Shown here: one piece after another, positions 1 through 8,607 of the stretch
Position numbering within the stretch: position 1 is the first letter of the stretch
How the letters are laid out: every line of letters starts with the position of its first letter
The notes under the pieces: model-generated
Databases searched by the model: none
What the model saw: the letters and a program-made list of their open reading frames with translations, nothing else
What the model was told of the DNA's origin: nothing
NCBI GenBank assembly: GCA_964629685.1
Contig: CAZVTT010000001.1
Span: 244,603-308,602 of the forward strand
DNA: 64,000 nucleotides
Source of the DNA: an uncultured Gammaproteobacteria bacterium
GTDB taxonomy: Bacteria > Patescibacteriota > Microgenomatia > UBA10105 > UBA927
Reading direction: 5' to 3'
Program-made: the position numbers and the translations under genes

Positions 1-277
1 GGCTCTGGAAATGCATGCCGTAATGATTACGTCGCGCCCTGCTCTGCTATATTGGACCATGGGAACGTTAGCAATAATGAAATTAGTACCGCTATGGCGG
101 AAAGGGGGTCTGGAAGTATATTTCACCGTTAATACCGGTCAGGATATTCATCTGCTCTGCCTTCCGGAAAACAGGGATGTGCTGGTAGCGAAGTTGCGGG
201 AATTGCCGTATGTTAAGGATATTATAGTTAATACGCCTTGCCCGGGAACAAAAGTAACGGAGACGCATCTGTTTTAA
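1..277 (+). CDS. 3' fragment of a GHMP-kinase-family gene, most likely diphosphomevalonate decarboxylase (gene continues upstream of the window)
   Basis: Frame is open from the window edge. The C-terminal translation ...YWTMGTL...EVYFTVNTGQDIHLLC... resembles the C-terminal block of mevalonate diphosphate decarboxylases (YFTMDAGPN-type). Stop TAA at 275-277. Confidence 0.4.
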   Translation, partial: ALEMHAVMITSRPALLYWTMGTLAIMKLVPLWRKGGLEVYFTVNTGQDIHLLCLPENRDVLVAKLRELPYVKDIIVNTPCPGTKVTETHLF

Positions 278-279
278 TT

Positions 280-978
280 ATGACTCAGGCACATATTCCA
301 AAGCATGTCGCGATTATTATGGATGGTAACCGCCGTTGGGCAAAAGAACACGGCCTGCCCACGTTGGAAGGTCATCGTCGGGTAGCCGATGATATTTTAG
401 ATCCCCTAATCGAACGGGCTTCGGAAATTGGTATAACGCACATGACATTTTGGGCCTGGTCAACAGAAAACTGGCAACGTGACGCACGGGAAGTGGCGGG
501 AATTATGCGCTTGTTCCAGCATATTGTGCAGCGGCGGTGGGATCGGTTGCATGAGCAGGGCGTGCGTATTAAAACCATCGGTGATATTTCTAAATTTGAT
601 ACGGGTATACGGACATCTTTAGAGCGGCTGATTGAGCAGACGAAAAATAATACTAAAATTACCGTTACGTTTGCGTTAAATTATGGCGGCCGGGATGAAA
701 TCATCCGAAGTATAAATAAATGGCAACAATCAGAGAAATCGCACGAAACGCTTTTAACGGCAGAAAAATTAGGTGAATTTTTAGATACTGCGGGATCACC
801 TGATCCCGATTTAATTATCCGTACCGGCGGGGAAATGCGATTAAGTGGTTTTTTGCTTTGGCAATCAGAATACAGCGAGCTCTATTTCCCTACGTGGTAT
901 ATGCCGGACTTTACGCCGGAACGTTTGGATGAAGCGGTAGAGGAGTATGCTAAGAGGCAGAGACGATTCGGGAAGTAA
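280..978 (+). CDS. uppS: undecaprenyl diphosphate synthase (isoprenyl transferase)
   Basis: Classic UppS motifs: HVAIIMDGNRRWA, FWAWSTENWQR, LNYGGRDE, RTGGEMRLSGFLLWQSEYSELYF. Start moved to the ATG at 280 (MTQAHIPKHV), which lies just after the stop of the upstream gene. Confidence 0.9.
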   Translation: MTQAHIPKHVAIIMDGNRRWAKEHGLPTLEGHRRVADDILDPLIERASEIGITHMTFWAWSTENWQRDAREVAGIMRLFQHIVQRRWDRLHEQGVRIKTIGDISKFDTGIRTSLERLIEQTKNNTKITVTFALNYGGRDEIIRSINKWQQSEKSHETLLTAEKLGEFLDTAGSPDPDLIIRTGGEMRLSGFLLWQSEYSELYFPTWYMPDFTPERLDEAVEEYAKRQRRFGK

Positions 979-984
979 GGAACG

Positions 985-1368
985 TTATCTTCCTCCGAAA
1001 ACATCCATAATTACCGTCAGATTGAATATTCTACCGATAAGCTGGACTATCCAGAACGCAATAAAAATTACCAGAAAACCGACAATTGCATAGGTAATTT
1101 GTTTCTTCCCGCTATCCAGCTTTTTGCTATCCCCAGCACTGGTAAGCAGTGAAAATCCACCCAGAATAAGCATAACCAGTAAGGCGATACCGGCAAAAGC
1201 GAATATAAACGGAATGGCAGCCCCTAAGACTGCTCCTAATGTTCTGCTGGCTTCAGTCCGGAATGCGAAATTTGAGGGTCCGGTAATGACAACGGTATTA
1301 ATAATGTTTGCGTCACTTTGTCCAGGAAGCGTCAGTGCTTGAGCCAGTTGTTGCATGGTATTATCCAA
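985..1368 (-). CDS. small pilin-like membrane protein (TrbC/VirB2-like two-helix topology)
   Basis: 127 aa with an N-terminal region followed by two long hydrophobic helices separated by a short polar loop (GDSKKLDSGKK). It is a paralog of the two downstream genes. Confidence 0.5.
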   Translation of the reverse strand: MDNTMQQLAQALTLPGQSDANIINTVVITGPSNFAFRTEASRTLGAVLGAAIPFIFAFAGIALLVMLILGGFSLLTSAGDSKKLDSGKKQITYAIVGFLVIFIAFWIVQLIGRIFNLTVIMDVFGGR

Positions 1369-1753
1369 AACCCGGTAAACCGAGAATATTTACCCCGATT
1401 AATCTCAATATAAAGACTGAGAAAATAATTAGCAATAGTCCCGAAATAGCAGACTGTACCATTTCTCTCCCTGTGTTTAACCGTTCCGGGTTGCCCGAAC
1501 TCATTTGAATTTGGAAGCCCCCCAGTAAAATCATTAGAAATGCTACGCCGCCACCAATTCCGAGGCCGATAGAAAGTATTTTGCTGATAAAAGCGACCGG
1601 GTCCACCGGGATACATCCTAATCCCGTTAATATACCGGCATTATTGTTACAGTACTGAACGCTGTCGTCTGCAGCCAAAACCGTAGCCGGGAACACCAAA
1701 AATGTGCCCCAAATTAGGCTCAGCTTCCCCAGATAGCGAGTTATATGACCCAC
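1361..1753 (-). CDS. small pilin-like membrane protein (TrbC/VirB2-like), paralog
   Basis: 130 aa with a signal peptide (LVFPATVLAADD) and a GLGCIP motif, then helix 1 (SIGLGIGGGVAFLMILLGGF), a polar loop (SSGNPERLNTGRE) and helix 2 (SAISGLLLIIFSVFILRLIGVNILGLPGF). Nearly identical in pattern to the C-terminus of 1864..2958. Confidence 0.55.
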   Translation of the reverse strand: MGHITRYLGKLSLIWGTFLVFPATVLAADDSVQYCNNNAGILTGLGCIPVDPVAFISKILSIGLGIGGGVAFLMILLGGFQIQMSSGNPERLNTGREMVQSAISGLLLIIFSVFILRLIGVNILGLPGFG

Positions 1754-1863
1754 AAGGCCGATAGTATATCATTTATCGGCGATGATTTCAAGGGAATGCC
1801 TAAAATCAAAGGAAAAAATGAACTAAACGGGGAGATGAAAATTCAGTAAATATAGACCTATAA

Positions 1864-2958
1864 TTATGAGAATCCCGGTAATCCGAGAATATTTACCCCT
1901 ATGAATCGGAGTATAAATACGGAAAATATTATTAACATTAATCCGGCAATGGCGGAAGTAATCAAATCTCGCCCCTCGCTCATCGCTTCAGGATTTCCCT
2001 GGCTCATGATTACTTTAAATCCGCCCAACAGAATGAGTAAAAACGCAATTCCGCCACCAAGGCCAATTCCGATAGTAAGTATTTGCCGGATAAATGCTGC
2101 CGGGTCCGTAGGGATACACCCTAAGCCTGTTTTAATACCGTTGTTTGCACATTCCACATAAGCGAAGCGTTGTCCGGTTTCTACGGGAGGTGGTGTGGTA
2201 CATGCGCTTTGAACACAACAGATCGTTCCCGCTGTTTCACAACGTAATCCATTGTTATACCCGCACACAGTCGTTCCGTTATTGCACAATGCAGCAGTTG
2301 TACAAGACATTCCAGCCCCAACGCAGGGTGCAATACTTCCTGTTTCTGCCGGACCGTCATCCCAACAAGACCCACCGCGGCATTCAGCGCTGGAAACGCC
2401 GCAAGTCCGTGCACAATCAGCGTTTCCGACACATCCCATGGCAGGATTTGGACCGCATACTTCTGCATGAGGAATACACTGTCCCGGTGATCCTATGTTG
2501 CAATTGAACCCCCCGCTGGGACAGACACAGCTTAACGTGCCGCTACAGCCGCTGCTTTGACCAACTATACAGGGGGCTCCGGGGGTACCCGTCGGATTGG
2601 TCGGAGTAGCCGGAGTGGTGGGAGGGGCAGTCGGTGGATTGGAAGGAACTGTAGGTGTATTTGTATTTACTGCCGTAGGGGTTGCCGGTGCTGCACAGAT
2701 GCTACCCGGATTGGGAGTGGCCACCAATGGATCCCGACAGGCATAGGAACCGTCTCCTTGAGGATAACAACAGCCGCCACCCCTGGTACAAGGCGAATCA
2801 GATTCAAAACCGGGGAGACTACAGTTTAATTGCGAACATCCGGCTCCGGAACACTGTGCAAATATAATGTTGGGGTGTTTTACCAGTGTGAAGAAGAGAA
2901 TGAAGCCGAAAAAAAATAACGAGTTATATATTATTCTTTTGGCGAATGCATATTTCAT
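1864..2958 (-). CDS. fusion protein: signal peptide + Cys-rich ectodomain (about 45 Cys) + Pro/Thr-rich linker + C-terminal VirB2/TrbC-like pilin domain
   Basis: 364 aa. The N-terminal TM/signal is followed by a Cys-dense region (CSGAGCSQLNCS..., CVCPSGGFNCNIGSPGQC...), a PT-rich stretch (TPTAVNTNTPTVPSNPPTAPPTTPATPTNPTGTPG) and a C-terminal 90 aa (GLGCIPTDPAAFIRQILTIGIGLGGGIAFLLILLGGF...SAIAGLMLIIFSVFILRFIGVNILGLPGFS) homologous to 1361..1753. Confidence 0.55.
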   Translation of the reverse strand: MKYAFAKRIIYNSLFFFGFILFFTLVKHPNIIFAQCSGAGCSQLNCSLPGFESDSPCTRGGGCCYPQGDGSYACRDPLVATPNPGSICAAPATPTAVNTNTPTVPSNPPTAPPTTPATPTNPTGTPGAPCIVGQSSGCSGTLSCVCPSGGFNCNIGSPGQCIPHAEVCGPNPAMGCVGNADCARTCGVSSAECRGGSCWDDGPAETGSIAPCVGAGMSCTTAALCNNGTTVCGYNNGLRCETAGTICCVQSACTTPPPVETGQRFAYVECANNGIKTGLGCIPTDPAAFIRQILTIGIGLGGGIAFLLILLGGFKVIMSQGNPEAMSEGRDLITSAIAGLMLIIFSVFILRFIGVNILGLPGFS

Positions 2959-3041
2959 ACAATATATTTACTTTAGCATGTTTAGAGTCGGAGATAAAAA
3001 CGAATCTGTAAGCACAAATCACGTAGTTTTGAAGTGATAGT

Positions 3042-4784
3042 GTGATACACTGGATATACTCCATGATCCGCTATTTAGTGACGATTATCACCCTCTGTCT
3101 GTTAACGCTTTTCAGCCTCCAGCGAGGAGTCTCTGCACAGGTGTGTGACCCCAGTTGTACGAATGCTATAGAGTGTCGTGACAAAATAGCCAAATGTCAG
3201 GAAGCCTGGAATCAGATGGAAACGGCAAAGCAGCCTCATGTAGACGCGTTAAAAAAAATGGAAGCGGATATCGTCGCATTTCAAAACAGAATTAAATCAA
3301 TCGAAAAAAATGTGGTGCAGAAAGCCGCGGAGATAAAAGAAGGTGAGAAAGAGTTAGCCGGCTTGTTGGGTGTAGCAGAGCGGCGGATCAGACAGTTCTA
3401 TATCCGTAGTTTTACCAATACACCGTTTGTAACATTCTTATCTACAGAAAATATAGGCATGATTTTGCGGACCATGGCCTATCAGAACGCAGTTACGGAG
3501 GAAGATAAACGATCTATAACCCAAACCGCTGTTTCCGTAAAAGGACTAGAGGAAAAAAAGAAAAGTTTAGAGTCGGAACGCTCATCACTGGCGTACCTGA
3601 AAGAAGAAACGGATAAACGGGCTGTATCCGTACGGAAATTAGTGAACGATGCGTCCGCATACCAGTCTAAACTTACGGGTATAATTGCCAGCCTTACTAC
3701 CCAGCAACAGGCAATTCTTTCCGCCAGATCAGGTACATTTACGACAAGCTTAGGAGAAGTCCCGCTTGCGGATGATCCGAACGCTTCCCCGAATTACAAT
3801 CCCGGATTCTCTCCGGCATTTGCCGGGTTCTCTTTCGGTGCGTATACCCATCGGAAGGGGATGAGTCAGTACGGTGCGAAAGGCAGGGCGGAGTCCGGTC
3901 AAAACGTAAATGATATTCTCAAGGCGTACTACGGTAAAACACCTGTCGGCAAAGATACCGGAGGATCAATCTCCGTTACCGGTATCGGCAGTATAAATTT
4001 TGAGGAGCATTATTTATACGGTATTGCGGAAATGCCTGCCAATTTTCCGAAAGAAGCACTCAAAGCCCAGGCTATTGCCGCCAGATCTTATGCCTATAGA
4101 TATAAACAACAGGGAACATCTATTTGTATTACGCAATCGTGTCAGGTGTTTTCACAATCGAAGGCAAATAATCCCCCTGCCGAATGGAAATCCGCGGTAC
4201 AGGAAACGCGTGGGCAGGTATTGGAAGATATTGTGGCCTACTATTCATCCACCACCGGTGGATACAGCACTACGTCCGGATGGGATACTAAATGCGGTAA
4301 TCAGGGATGTTGGACCGGAGATGCGTACGAAAAGATCGCCGGCAGTCCTTGGTTCTATAAAGGATGGTATACCAGCGAATATTATAATAATTCCGCTAAA
4401 TGCGGCCGAAGTCATCCTTGGTTAAATCAGGAAGAGTTTGCCGATATTCTAAACGCCTGGTTGGTGCGGAAACAGGGGAATGACGGGGATGCCAGCAGGG
4501 TACTGCCGGTCACTATCAGCAGTTGTGGAGTAGCCGGGGCATCGGGTAATCCCTATTCCATGAGTGAAATGCGGGACAGGGCAAATGCCTTGGGAGGGGC
4601 ATTTACCAGCGTATCCAGTGTAAAAGTGACATACAATACCGACGGATATACCGATAGTGTTATTTTCCAAACTAACAAAGGGGAAGCCAAAATTAGCGGC
4701 TCAGAATTTAGGGAAGCATTTAACTTACGTGCGCCGGGTTACATCTCTATTCGAAGCCCTTTGTTTAATTTAGAGAAAAAGTAG
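3042..4784 (+). CDS. SpoIID/LytB-domain protein with an N-terminal coiled-coil (EnvC-like) region
   Basis: N-terminal TM/signal, a long coiled-coil segment, then a SpoIID-type block (HRKGMSQYGAKGRAESGQNVNDILKAYYGKT) and a C-terminal domain. Confidence 0.65.
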   Translation: MIHWIYSMIRYLVTIITLCLLTLFSLQRGVSAQVCDPSCTNAIECRDKIAKCQEAWNQMETAKQPHVDALKKMEADIVAFQNRIKSIEKNVVQKAAEIKEGEKELAGLLGVAERRIRQFYIRSFTNTPFVTFLSTENIGMILRTMAYQNAVTEEDKRSITQTAVSVKGLEEKKKSLESERSSLAYLKEETDKRAVSVRKLVNDASAYQSKLTGIIASLTTQQQAILSARSGTFTTSLGEVPLADDPNASPNYNPGFSPAFAGFSFGAYTHRKGMSQYGAKGRAESGQNVNDILKAYYGKTPVGKDTGGSISVTGIGSINFEEHYLYGIAEMPANFPKEALKAQAIAARSYAYRYKQQGTSICITQSCQVFSQSKANNPPAEWKSAVQETRGQVLEDIVAYYSSTTGGYSTTSGWDTKCGNQGCWTGDAYEKIAGSPWFYKGWYTSEYYNNSAKCGRSHPWLNQEEFADILNAWLVRKQGNDGDASRVLPVTISSCGVAGASGNPYSMSEMRDRANALGGAFTSVSSVKVTYNTDGYTDSVIFQTNKGEAKISGSEFREAFNLRAPGYISIRSPLFNLEKK

Positions 4785-4845
4785 TATAATCAGTTAGTTT
4801 ATCGCGTAGTCACAATCCGGCCGGTCATCTGGCAAGAAAACTATT

Positions 4846-5505
4846 ATGCCAACACTCTACCAGTCTAACCAACCAGAAACACCGTCTCCGGCTCATCCCA
4901 ATACTGCAAAAGAGAAGCCGTTTGATCACGAACCTAAGTTTTTTTCCCGACGTGACACCATGCGCATGTTTACCCAACTAGCTGTTAATCCCCAGGGAGT
5001 TCGGTTTGAAACTCAGGAAGCTGAGGAAAAAATAATTCTCTTTATGCGGCAACATTTTATTGTGAATATTCCCTGGATCGTAATTACCGCAATCATGTTT
5101 GTAACGCCAAAACTTATATTTCCGTTTATAAGCCAAATTATTCCCTTTCCGGTTACTATTCCCTGGGGATATGCTATTACCGGTATTTTATTCTGGTATC
5201 TCGCAACCTTTGGGTTTGCTTTGTCTAGTTTTATCAGCTGGTATTTCAATATCTATATTGTTACCAATGAACGTGTTGTGGATATTGATTTTTTATATCT
5301 ACTGTACAAAGAATATTCGGAGGCGGAATTATCTAAAATACAGGACATGACATATAACGCAGGAGGAATACTGGCTACCGTTTTTAATTATGGAAACCTC
5401 TCCATAAAAACAGCGGGAGATAGTGCAAATTTAACGTTCGAGAAAATTCCTTATCCGCAAATGGTGGTGGAAACAATCAGGGAATTACTGGAGGATATAC
5501 CATGA
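4846..5505 (+). CDS. membrane protein with a bacterial PH (bPH_2/YdbT-like) domain
   Basis: Two TM helices followed by a pattern (YFNIYIVTNERVVDID...) typical of bPH_2 domains. Confidence 0.4.
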   Translation: MPTLYQSNQPETPSPAHPNTAKEKPFDHEPKFFSRRDTMRMFTQLAVNPQGVRFETQEAEEKIILFMRQHFIVNIPWIVITAIMFVTPKLIFPFISQIIPFPVTIPWGYAITGILFWYLATFGFALSSFISWYFNIYIVTNERVVDIDFLYLLYKEYSEAELSKIQDMTYNAGGILATVFNYGNLSIKTAGDSANLTFEKIPYPQMVVETIRELLEDIP

Positions 5506-5732
5506 TCCCCACAGTCCCAACAGAGGTATCTACCGCAGTGTTATTGGCAATTAAATTATTTGCTCTATTAGGATTGTTGATTTATGTTGGCTTCGCCGCC
5601 GTAATGGTTCGGCAGGAACAGTTAATGGCAAAAGTACTGGAATCTTCTTCGGAAAAAATGTTACGCATATTAGTGAGCGTTCACCTTCTGTTAGCGTTAA
5701 TTCTTTTTGGATTAGCATTCGTTTTACTCTAA
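5502..5732 (+). CDS. small membrane protein, hypothetical
   Basis: 76 aa with two hydrophobic helices. Its start overlaps the stop of the upstream gene (ATGA), suggesting coupling. Confidence 0.3.
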   Translation: MIPTVPTEVSTAVLLAIKLFALLGLLIYVGFAAVMVRQEQLMAKVLESSSEKMLRILVSVHLLLALILFGLAFVLL

Positions 5733-5781
5733 CTCCTTACTGTAGATCGGTTTCTGTTGTCTCGCGTGCTAAGATAAGATT

Positions 5782-7611
5782 ATGAAGATTCTTCCTGCTG
5801 TAGCTTCCGTGGTGACCCGTGCGTCTCCAACCGATTGGGCGCAAGTACTACAAACACCCCAGGCCTATGCGGTAATCCAGACTCTTGATTCTTCCGGACA
5901 GGCATTGCGGACCGGTGTTTCTCTCTTGGGTAGTCTTACCAGATTATTGGAAAAAATGCCGGAATCGGTTCAGGAATTAAAAACGGCGGTTCAGGAAATA
6001 GATGGTGAACATATAGTTTCTTTAACGGTGGTAGTTCCTCGAGGGCAGACACTGGATGTAATCCAGCGTGGTGAAGGAAGTGTCTATCTTAAGCGCGGAA
6101 AGCAACTGGCCTGTTTATTAAGCGCAGAGGGTGTCATATCTGGCGACGTCGCTGAAGGGGATGTGGTGATTTTAGCGGATAAAAATGCATCAGAATTACT
6201 TACGGACGCAGAAATTATTACCGCTGTTGATCACGAGCTTACTGCTGAGGAAATAGGAGAGCGGTTGGCAGTGGTTCTCAACGAAAAATCCGATAATGAA
6301 GGTGCTGCCATGCTGGTGTTTCAGATAAAAGACATAGTAGAGGAAGAACCGGAACAGGAGAGTGTTGCGGAAACGGAAGATACTGACACAATTCCCGAGG
6401 CTGACGATCCGGTTCCCTTGCCTAGTGCGATTTCTCACCCGCTTCCGCAACGCATCAGACATTTTTTGGTACGAATTAAACCTCGCATTGTTAAATTAAT
6501 CCCCGGTTCAAATAAAAAGTTAGCGGTTATTGTGTTTATTTTTGCCGGACTTTTTGGTATTAGTGTGTATTTGGGTATCAAAAAACAGGGAGAAAATGTT
6601 AGTTCAAAAAATGTGGCCGAGGCCGTATCACAGGCTCAGTCTTTATTGGATGAAGGTTTGGGTTTGCTTTCCGTCAATCGTGAGCAGAGTAGAATAAAGT
6701 TAGAAACGGCACAAGCATTACTGCAAAAGTATAAGGACAAACCGCCACTATCTAAAGAAGGAAAACGTGTCCCTCAACTTTACCAGCAAATATCCGATAA
6801 CCTGGAAGTAGCAAAACAAATCATCCGCGGCGAGCCGCAGCTTTTTTACGATCTGGACTTAATAAAAAAAGGCGCATATATCCACAAATTTGCTGTCTCA
6901 GACGATACCTTGGGGATGTTGGATGAAAATCAAAAAACTGTTTTTGTAGTCCGTATTCCCACTAAGGATGGTGATGTGCTGGCCGGTGGAGAGCCCTTTA
7001 CCGCAGCCACTGCGGTAGCTGCGTATGGAAAACAATTTTACGTGCTTACCGGTTCCGGAATTTACGAAATCAGCAGTAAGGGAAAAATTCCGGCCAAGCC
7101 GGTTATAGAGCATGACGAAACATGGGGGACAATCGGCGCTTTGGTGGCGTATGGTGGTAACCTGTACCTGTCCGATTTGCAGAAGAGCAGGATCTGGAAA
7201 TACGTAGCCACAGAAGTGGGATTTGATGTACGGCGGGAATATTTGAATCCCGATACGTTACCCAATTTATCACAGACTACGTCTATGGCCATCGACGGGC
7301 ATGTTTGGTTTGGTACAAAGAATGGCGAAATACTCCGATTTGCACAGGGAAAAGCGGACACATTTTCTCCAATTGGCATAGAACCGCCACTCGGTGAAGT
7401 GATTTCTGTTTATACTACTGACGATTTAGCTAATATTTATATCCTGGATGCTGCGGGGAAGCGGGTAGTTGTATTGCAAAAAGACGGACGGTATACTGCC
7501 CAATACGTTTGGAACGGGGAGATTTCTCCTGAACTGTTCCTGGTTTCCGAACAGTATAAAAAAATATTTTTGGTTGCGCAGGGAAAGTTGTATGCACTTG
7601 ATCTGCGCTAA
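5782..7611 (+). CDS. hypothetical single-pass membrane protein with a C-terminal beta-propeller-like repeat region
   Basis: 609 aa with an acidic segment, a TM helix (LAVIVFIFAGLFGISVYLGI) and C-terminal repeated motifs (YVLTGSGIYEI, LYLSDLQKSRIWKY, IYILDAAGKRVVVL, KLYALDL) reminiscent of NHL/propeller blades. Confidence 0.4.
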   Translation: MKILPAVASVVTRASPTDWAQVLQTPQAYAVIQTLDSSGQALRTGVSLLGSLTRLLEKMPESVQELKTAVQEIDGEHIVSLTVVVPRGQTLDVIQRGEGSVYLKRGKQLACLLSAEGVISGDVAEGDVVILADKNASELLTDAEIITAVDHELTAEEIGERLAVVLNEKSDNEGAAMLVFQIKDIVEEEPEQESVAETEDTDTIPEADDPVPLPSAISHPLPQRIRHFLVRIKPRIVKLIPGSNKKLAVIVFIFAGLFGISVYLGIKKQGENVSSKNVAEAVSQAQSLLDEGLGLLSVNREQSRIKLETAQALLQKYKDKPPLSKEGKRVPQLYQQISDNLEVAKQIIRGEPQLFYDLDLIKKGAYIHKFAVSDDTLGMLDENQKTVFVVRIPTKDGDVLAGGEPFTAATAVAAYGKQFYVLTGSGIYEISSKGKIPAKPVIEHDETWGTIGALVAYGGNLYLSDLQKSRIWKYVATEVGFDVRREYLNPDTLPNLSQTTSMAIDGHVWFGTKNGEILRFAQGKADTFSPIGIEPPLGEVISVYTTDDLANIYILDAAGKRVVVLQKDGRYTAQYVWNGEISPELFLVSEQYKKIFLVAQGKLYALDLR

Positions 7612-7613
7612 TT

Positions 7614-8057
7614 ATGCGCATTTTCAATCGCAAAGCATCATTCGAATATACAATTCTGGAAAAGGTTGAAGCTGGAGTTCAGCTATTGGGCCCTGAGGTA
7701 AAATCTCTCCGGAATGGTCAGGCTAGTTTAGATGGGTCGTTTGTAAAAATGGTTGGTCTGGAAGCGTTTTTGGTAAATGCTCAAATTCATCCATATTCTT
7801 TCGCCCGTCCTGATGGGTATGATCCCAAACGTACCCGGAAATTGCTGCTGCACAAAAAGCAGATAATTGCCCTTAAATCGAAGCTGGATACCGGTAATTT
7901 GACCTTAATTCCCATTGCCTGGTATAATAATGGCCCCCTATTTAAGCTGGAAATTGGCTTGGCCAAAGGGAAGAAACAGTTTGAAAAACGGGAAGTTAAA
8001 AGACGGAAAGACATGAAACGGGAACTGGAACGGGAATATAGGGGAAAAGTAAAATAA
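7614..8057 (+). CDS. smpB: SsrA-binding protein SmpB
   Basis: ASFEYTILEKVEAGVQLLGPEVKSL...GSFVKM...LLLHKKQI matches the SmpB family, and tmRNA lies immediately downstream. Confidence 0.9.
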   Translation: MRIFNRKASFEYTILEKVEAGVQLLGPEVKSLRNGQASLDGSFVKMVGLEAFLVNAQIHPYSFARPDGYDPKRTRKLLLHKKQIIALKSKLDTGNLTLIPIAWYNNGPLFKLEIGLAKGKKQFEKREVKRRKDMKRELEREYRGKVK

Positions 8058-8097
8058 CTTTGTTTATTGGGGTTTACCCCGAGGAGCGAAGCGACGA

Positions 8098-8503
8098 GGG
8101 GATGATTGACTCGACGATTGTTGTACGTTAAAAACTGCAAGCCGGCGATGACAAAAGAGCCGCAAAACATTGTCAAATACTATCTGCTGAATTATCAGAC
8201 AGAAAACAGGCACTCCGAGAAGAACTCGCAGCTTTGCGTGACTACTTCGGTATGTCTTCACATATTCCAGCTTTCGCTGCGTAACGTGACATCTAACGGC
8301 TACTTTTTTCTAGCGGGTACTGTTAGGTGGAAAACCAGCTAGGACGACAGGAATCCGATGACCAGCGAATTCCGGTGAAATTTTTTGGTCAACCCTCCGA
8401 TGATTAATGTTGTCCGTTTCGTCCATCGGAGAATAAACGGACTACGCTTGTAGAAGTTTTTGATATATGCATTCGGACCCGGGCTCGAAACCCGGCATCT
8501 CCA
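8098..8503 (+). ncRNA. ssrA: tmRNA (ssrA), about 406 nt
   Basis: The 5' end GGGGAUGAUUGACUCGACG resembles the E. coli tmRNA 5' end GGGGCUGAUUCUGGAUUCGACGGG. The 3' end (GGACCCGGGCUCGAAACCCGGCAUCUCC-A) forms a T-arm plus an acceptor strand CAUCUCC pairing with 5' GGGGAUG, including the G3:U70 wobble (alanine identity). An internal frame ends ...SSHIPAFAA-TAA at 8284, which is tag-peptide-like (Ala-Ala terminus). Exact ends are +/- a few nt. Confidence 0.7.
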
Positions 8504-8511
8504 CACTTCGT

Positions 8512-8540
8512 CCCGATAATGTCTATCGGGATTCTGTTTT
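8512..8540 (+). terminator. rho-independent terminator after ssrA
   Basis: Stem CCCGATA / TATCGGG with loop ATGTC, followed by ATTCTGTTTT. Confidence 0.5.
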
Positions 8541-8607
8541 AGCTTACGGGCACATCGTAATAGAATGTACTGAGATTAAGCCTTTTTAAGCATACAGTGA
8601 TAGCTGT

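Noticed and set aside
1124-2507. Plus-strand ORFs 1124..1342, 1308..1508, 1332..1616(-), 1901..2161, 2145..2507, 2181..2468, 2252..2470, 2557..2829, 2682..2867
   Set aside because: All lie inside or antisense to the three pilin-like minus-strand genes, which have coherent membrane-protein features and paralogy. The alternatives have no features.
8130-8284. Attempt to define the exact tmRNA resume codon and tag peptide
   Set aside because: The open frame preceding ...PAFAA-stop is too long (about 45 codons) to pick the resume codon by eye. I report only the C-terminal tag residues and leave the start undetermined.
7787-8342. ORFs 7787..8176(-), 8064..8261(-), 8106..8342(+)
   Set aside because: They overlap the smpB 3' end and/or the tmRNA gene. 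The RNA gene explains this region.
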